Assembly (NCBI GenBank): GCA_050012475.1 | Contig: JBEKHC010000002.1 | Span: forward strand, 1-64,000 | Reading direction: 5' to 3' | Length of the DNA stretch: 64,000 nucleotides | DNA from: Candidatus Velthaea sp. | GTDB lineage: Bacteria > Vulcanimicrobiota > Vulcanimicrobiia > Vulcanimicrobiales > Vulcanimicrobiaceae | Shown here: positions 62,103 to 64,000 of the stretch, piece after piece | How positions within the stretch are numbered: position 1 is the first letter of the stretch | How the letters are laid out: each line of letters opens with the position of its first letter | The notes under the pieces: model-generated | The model's input: the letters and a program-made list of their open reading frames with translations, nothing else | Told to the model about the DNA's origin: nothing | Database searches by the model: none | Translations under genes and position numbers: made by a program

Positions 62103-63611
62103 CTAAAAAATCCGCTGGGGGTCGGCCGCGGCCGGCTGCGGACGCGCCGCTTCGCTGAGCGCTTCGGCGACGTCGCCGGCGATGACCCCGACCGGGCGCT
62201 GCGCGCCGGCGATGCTGCCGGCCCGCCCGTGCCAGAACGCCCCGACCCGGGCCGCATCGATCGGTGCCAGCCCTTGGGCGAGCAGCGTCGCGATGATGCC
62301 GGTCAGCACGTCGCCGGTGCCCGCCGTCGCCAAAGCGGGCGTTCCGGTGGGGTTCACGTGAACGGTAATGCGGTCGGCGACGAGGGTAGAGCGGCCTTTG
62401 AGCAGCGTCGTCACCTCGTGCTCGGCGACGAACGCGCGCAGCCGCGGCAACCGGTCGTGGGGTTCGAGCCGGCCGAGACCGGTGAGCCGGGCGAATTCGC
62501 CCGCGTGCGGCGTGATTACCACGCGCTTCCCGTGCAAGATGCTCAGGTGCTTGCCGAGGTGGAACAGGGCGCTGGCGTCGGCGACGATCGGGAGTTCGGT
62601 GCGGGCGATCACGCTGCGCACGATCGTACCGACGGTTTCGCTGAGCCCGAGGCCCGGCCCGATCGCAATCGAGCCGCAATGGTTGAGCAAGTCGCAGATC
62701 TCGCCCGCGCCGCCCAGCGCGTCCCGGTCGTTGAAGGTCACCACGACCTGCTCGATGAGGTGGCTGCGAATCGCCGCCGCGGCGCCGGACGGCGTCGCGA
62801 CCGTCACGTAGCCGGCTCCGCTGCGGGCCGCGCCCCGCGCACACAGGACCGCGGCGCCTGGAAACTGTTCCGAACCGGCCAGGATCAACGGCGCGCCGGC
62901 CCGGCGCTTGTCGGTTTCGCCTTCGCGCCTGGGCAGCAGCCGGCTGAATTCACCCTCGGTGAGCACGTGCGCCGAACCCTCGGGGGCGCCGGCGTCGTCC
63001 GCCGCCATGCCGAGATCATCGCACCAGAGCTGTCCGGTCGAGGAGCGTCCCGGTTCGAGAAAACAGCCCAGCTTCGGCGCGCCCAGAGCGATCGTCGCGA
63101 CGGCGCGTACGCACGTTTCGTCCACCGCGCCCGTCGTTGGATCGAGCCCGGTGGGAACGTCGATGGCCAGAATCGGCGCTCCGGCGCCGTTGATTGCGAC
63201 GACCAGCGCCGCGCTGGTGGGGTCGAGCGGCAGCCGCGCGTTCGCCCCCAAAATCCCATCGAGCAGCAGCCCGGCCCCGGCAAGCGTCGTCGAATCGACG
63301 ATGAGCGGCCGAAAGACGACGCCGGCGGTTCGGGCGCGGTCCCGCGCGTCGACGCGGGCAGCCGAGCCGGCGACGCTTTGATCGCAGTACACGATGCGCG
63401 AGCGCGCACCGTCGAGCGCTGCGAGCGCCGCGAAGACGTCTCCGCCGTTGTTCCCGTTGCCGGCGATGCCCACGATCGGTCCAGGCTGTGCGTAGTGCGG
63501 GATGAGCGCCGCGATGGCATCGCCGGCCCGGCGCATCAGAGTGATCTCGCCGTCGCGCGCGACCGCGGCCGCGTCGATTGCGCGCATTTCCGCGGCGGTC
63601 GGCGCGCGCAT
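62103..63611 (-). CDS. nnr: Bifunctional NAD(P)H-hydrate epimerase/dehydratase
   Basis: MRAID, GNNGGD, AIDVPTG, GPGLG, TPHAGEF, AGTGDVLTG. Confidence 0.93.
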   Translation of the reverse strand: MRAPTAAEMRAIDAAAVARDGEITLMRRAGDAIAALIPHYAQPGPIVGIAGNGNNGGDVFAALAALDGARSRIVYCDQSVAGSAARVDARDRARTAGVVFRPLIVDSTTLAGAGLLLDGILGANARLPLDPTSAALVVAINGAGAPILAIDVPTGLDPTTGAVDETCVRAVATIALGAPKLGCFLEPGRSSTGQLWCDDLGMAADDAGAPEGSAHVLTEGEFSRLLPRREGETDKRRAGAPLILAGSEQFPGAAVLCARGAARSGAGYVTVATPSGAAAAIRSHLIEQVVVTFNDRDALGGAGEICDLLNHCGSIAIGPGLGLSETVGTIVRSVIARTELPIVADASALFHLGKHLSILHGKRVVITPHAGEFARLTGLGRLEPHDRLPRLRAFVAEHEVTTLLKGRSTLVADRITVHVNPTGTPALATAGTGDVLTGIIATLLAQGLAPIDAARVGAFWHGRAGSIAGAQRPVGVIAGDVAEALSEAARPQPAAADPQRIF

Positions 63612-63973
63612 CAGCCTTCGAGCACGACGACGGCAGCGGCCGTCGTCGCGGTGTGGGTGATGGTGAGGTGGATGGCGGTGACGCCGCGCCGCGCGCGCAA
63701 CTCGGCATATTTCCCCAGCAGCACGATGGCCGGTTTGCCGGACGCTTCGTGAGTCACACCGACGGCACGCCAAGGGATGGCGTGACCGAACGCTTTGCGC
63801 GTCGCCTCCTTGGCTGCGAAGAAGCCGGCGAGCCGCTCGGGCCAATTGCGCTTGCGCATGGCGTACGCCATTTCTTCGGCGGTGTAGACTTTGCGCGCGA
63901 ATCGCTCGCGTTGCACGGGGTCGAATGCATAGCGCTCGACCTCGGCTAGGTCGATGCCTAAACCCACGATCAT
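63611..63973 (-). CDS. acpS: Holo-ACP synthase
   Basis: GLGIDL, FAAKEA..KA, GKP, LTITH. Confidence 0.93.
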   Translation of the reverse strand: MIVGLGIDLAEVERYAFDPVQRERFARKVYTAEEMAYAMRKRNWPERLAGFFAAKEATRKAFGHAIPWRAVGVTHEASGKPAIVLLGKYAELRARRGVTAIHLTITHTATTAAAVVVLEG

Positions 63974-64000
63974 TTCGAGCCGTTTCGCGTGTGGCGAGCC

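Overview
High-GC bacterial chromosomal window. The TonB-receptor-like genes alongside Terrabacteria-style housekeeping genes tentatively suggest Eremiobacterota/Vulcanimicrobiota (inference only). The backbone carries housekeeping genes: a split B12-dependent acyl-CoA mutase with isobutyryl-CoA-mutase residues, gltX, glmU, thyX, pth-rplY-prs, uvrB, uvrA, ligA, a cystathionine gamma-synthase/lyase, nnr and acpS. It also has a hybrid kinase, GH38, a GT-C transferase, an Na+/H+ antiporter, an APC permease, an RND pump and mazEF. An accessory region follows uvrA (about 30.3-45.4 kb) with a STAND-type regulator module, pseudogenes and IS21 debris. The best candidate for an undescribed system is the co-oriented cluster at 39238-45379, a putative SdpABC-like secreted-peptide maturation system in a diderm. 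It comprises a 93-aa secreted Cys- and Glu-free hydrophobic peptide, a stem-loop, a DUF5819/SdpA-like protein, an HTTM/SdpB-like protein, a TonB-receptor-like protein with an unusual duplicated C-terminal domain, a DCC-type thiol oxidoreductase and a small exported protein. Other signals: a dispersed hairpin-array repeat family (4 copies, one abutting an IS110 remnant), apparent ATT/ATC/ATA start codons (uvrB, pth, M48 gene), a missed 59-aa YjfB-like gene with a sigma28-type promoter, and several leaderless promoters. All family assignments come from motif recognition, not database searches.
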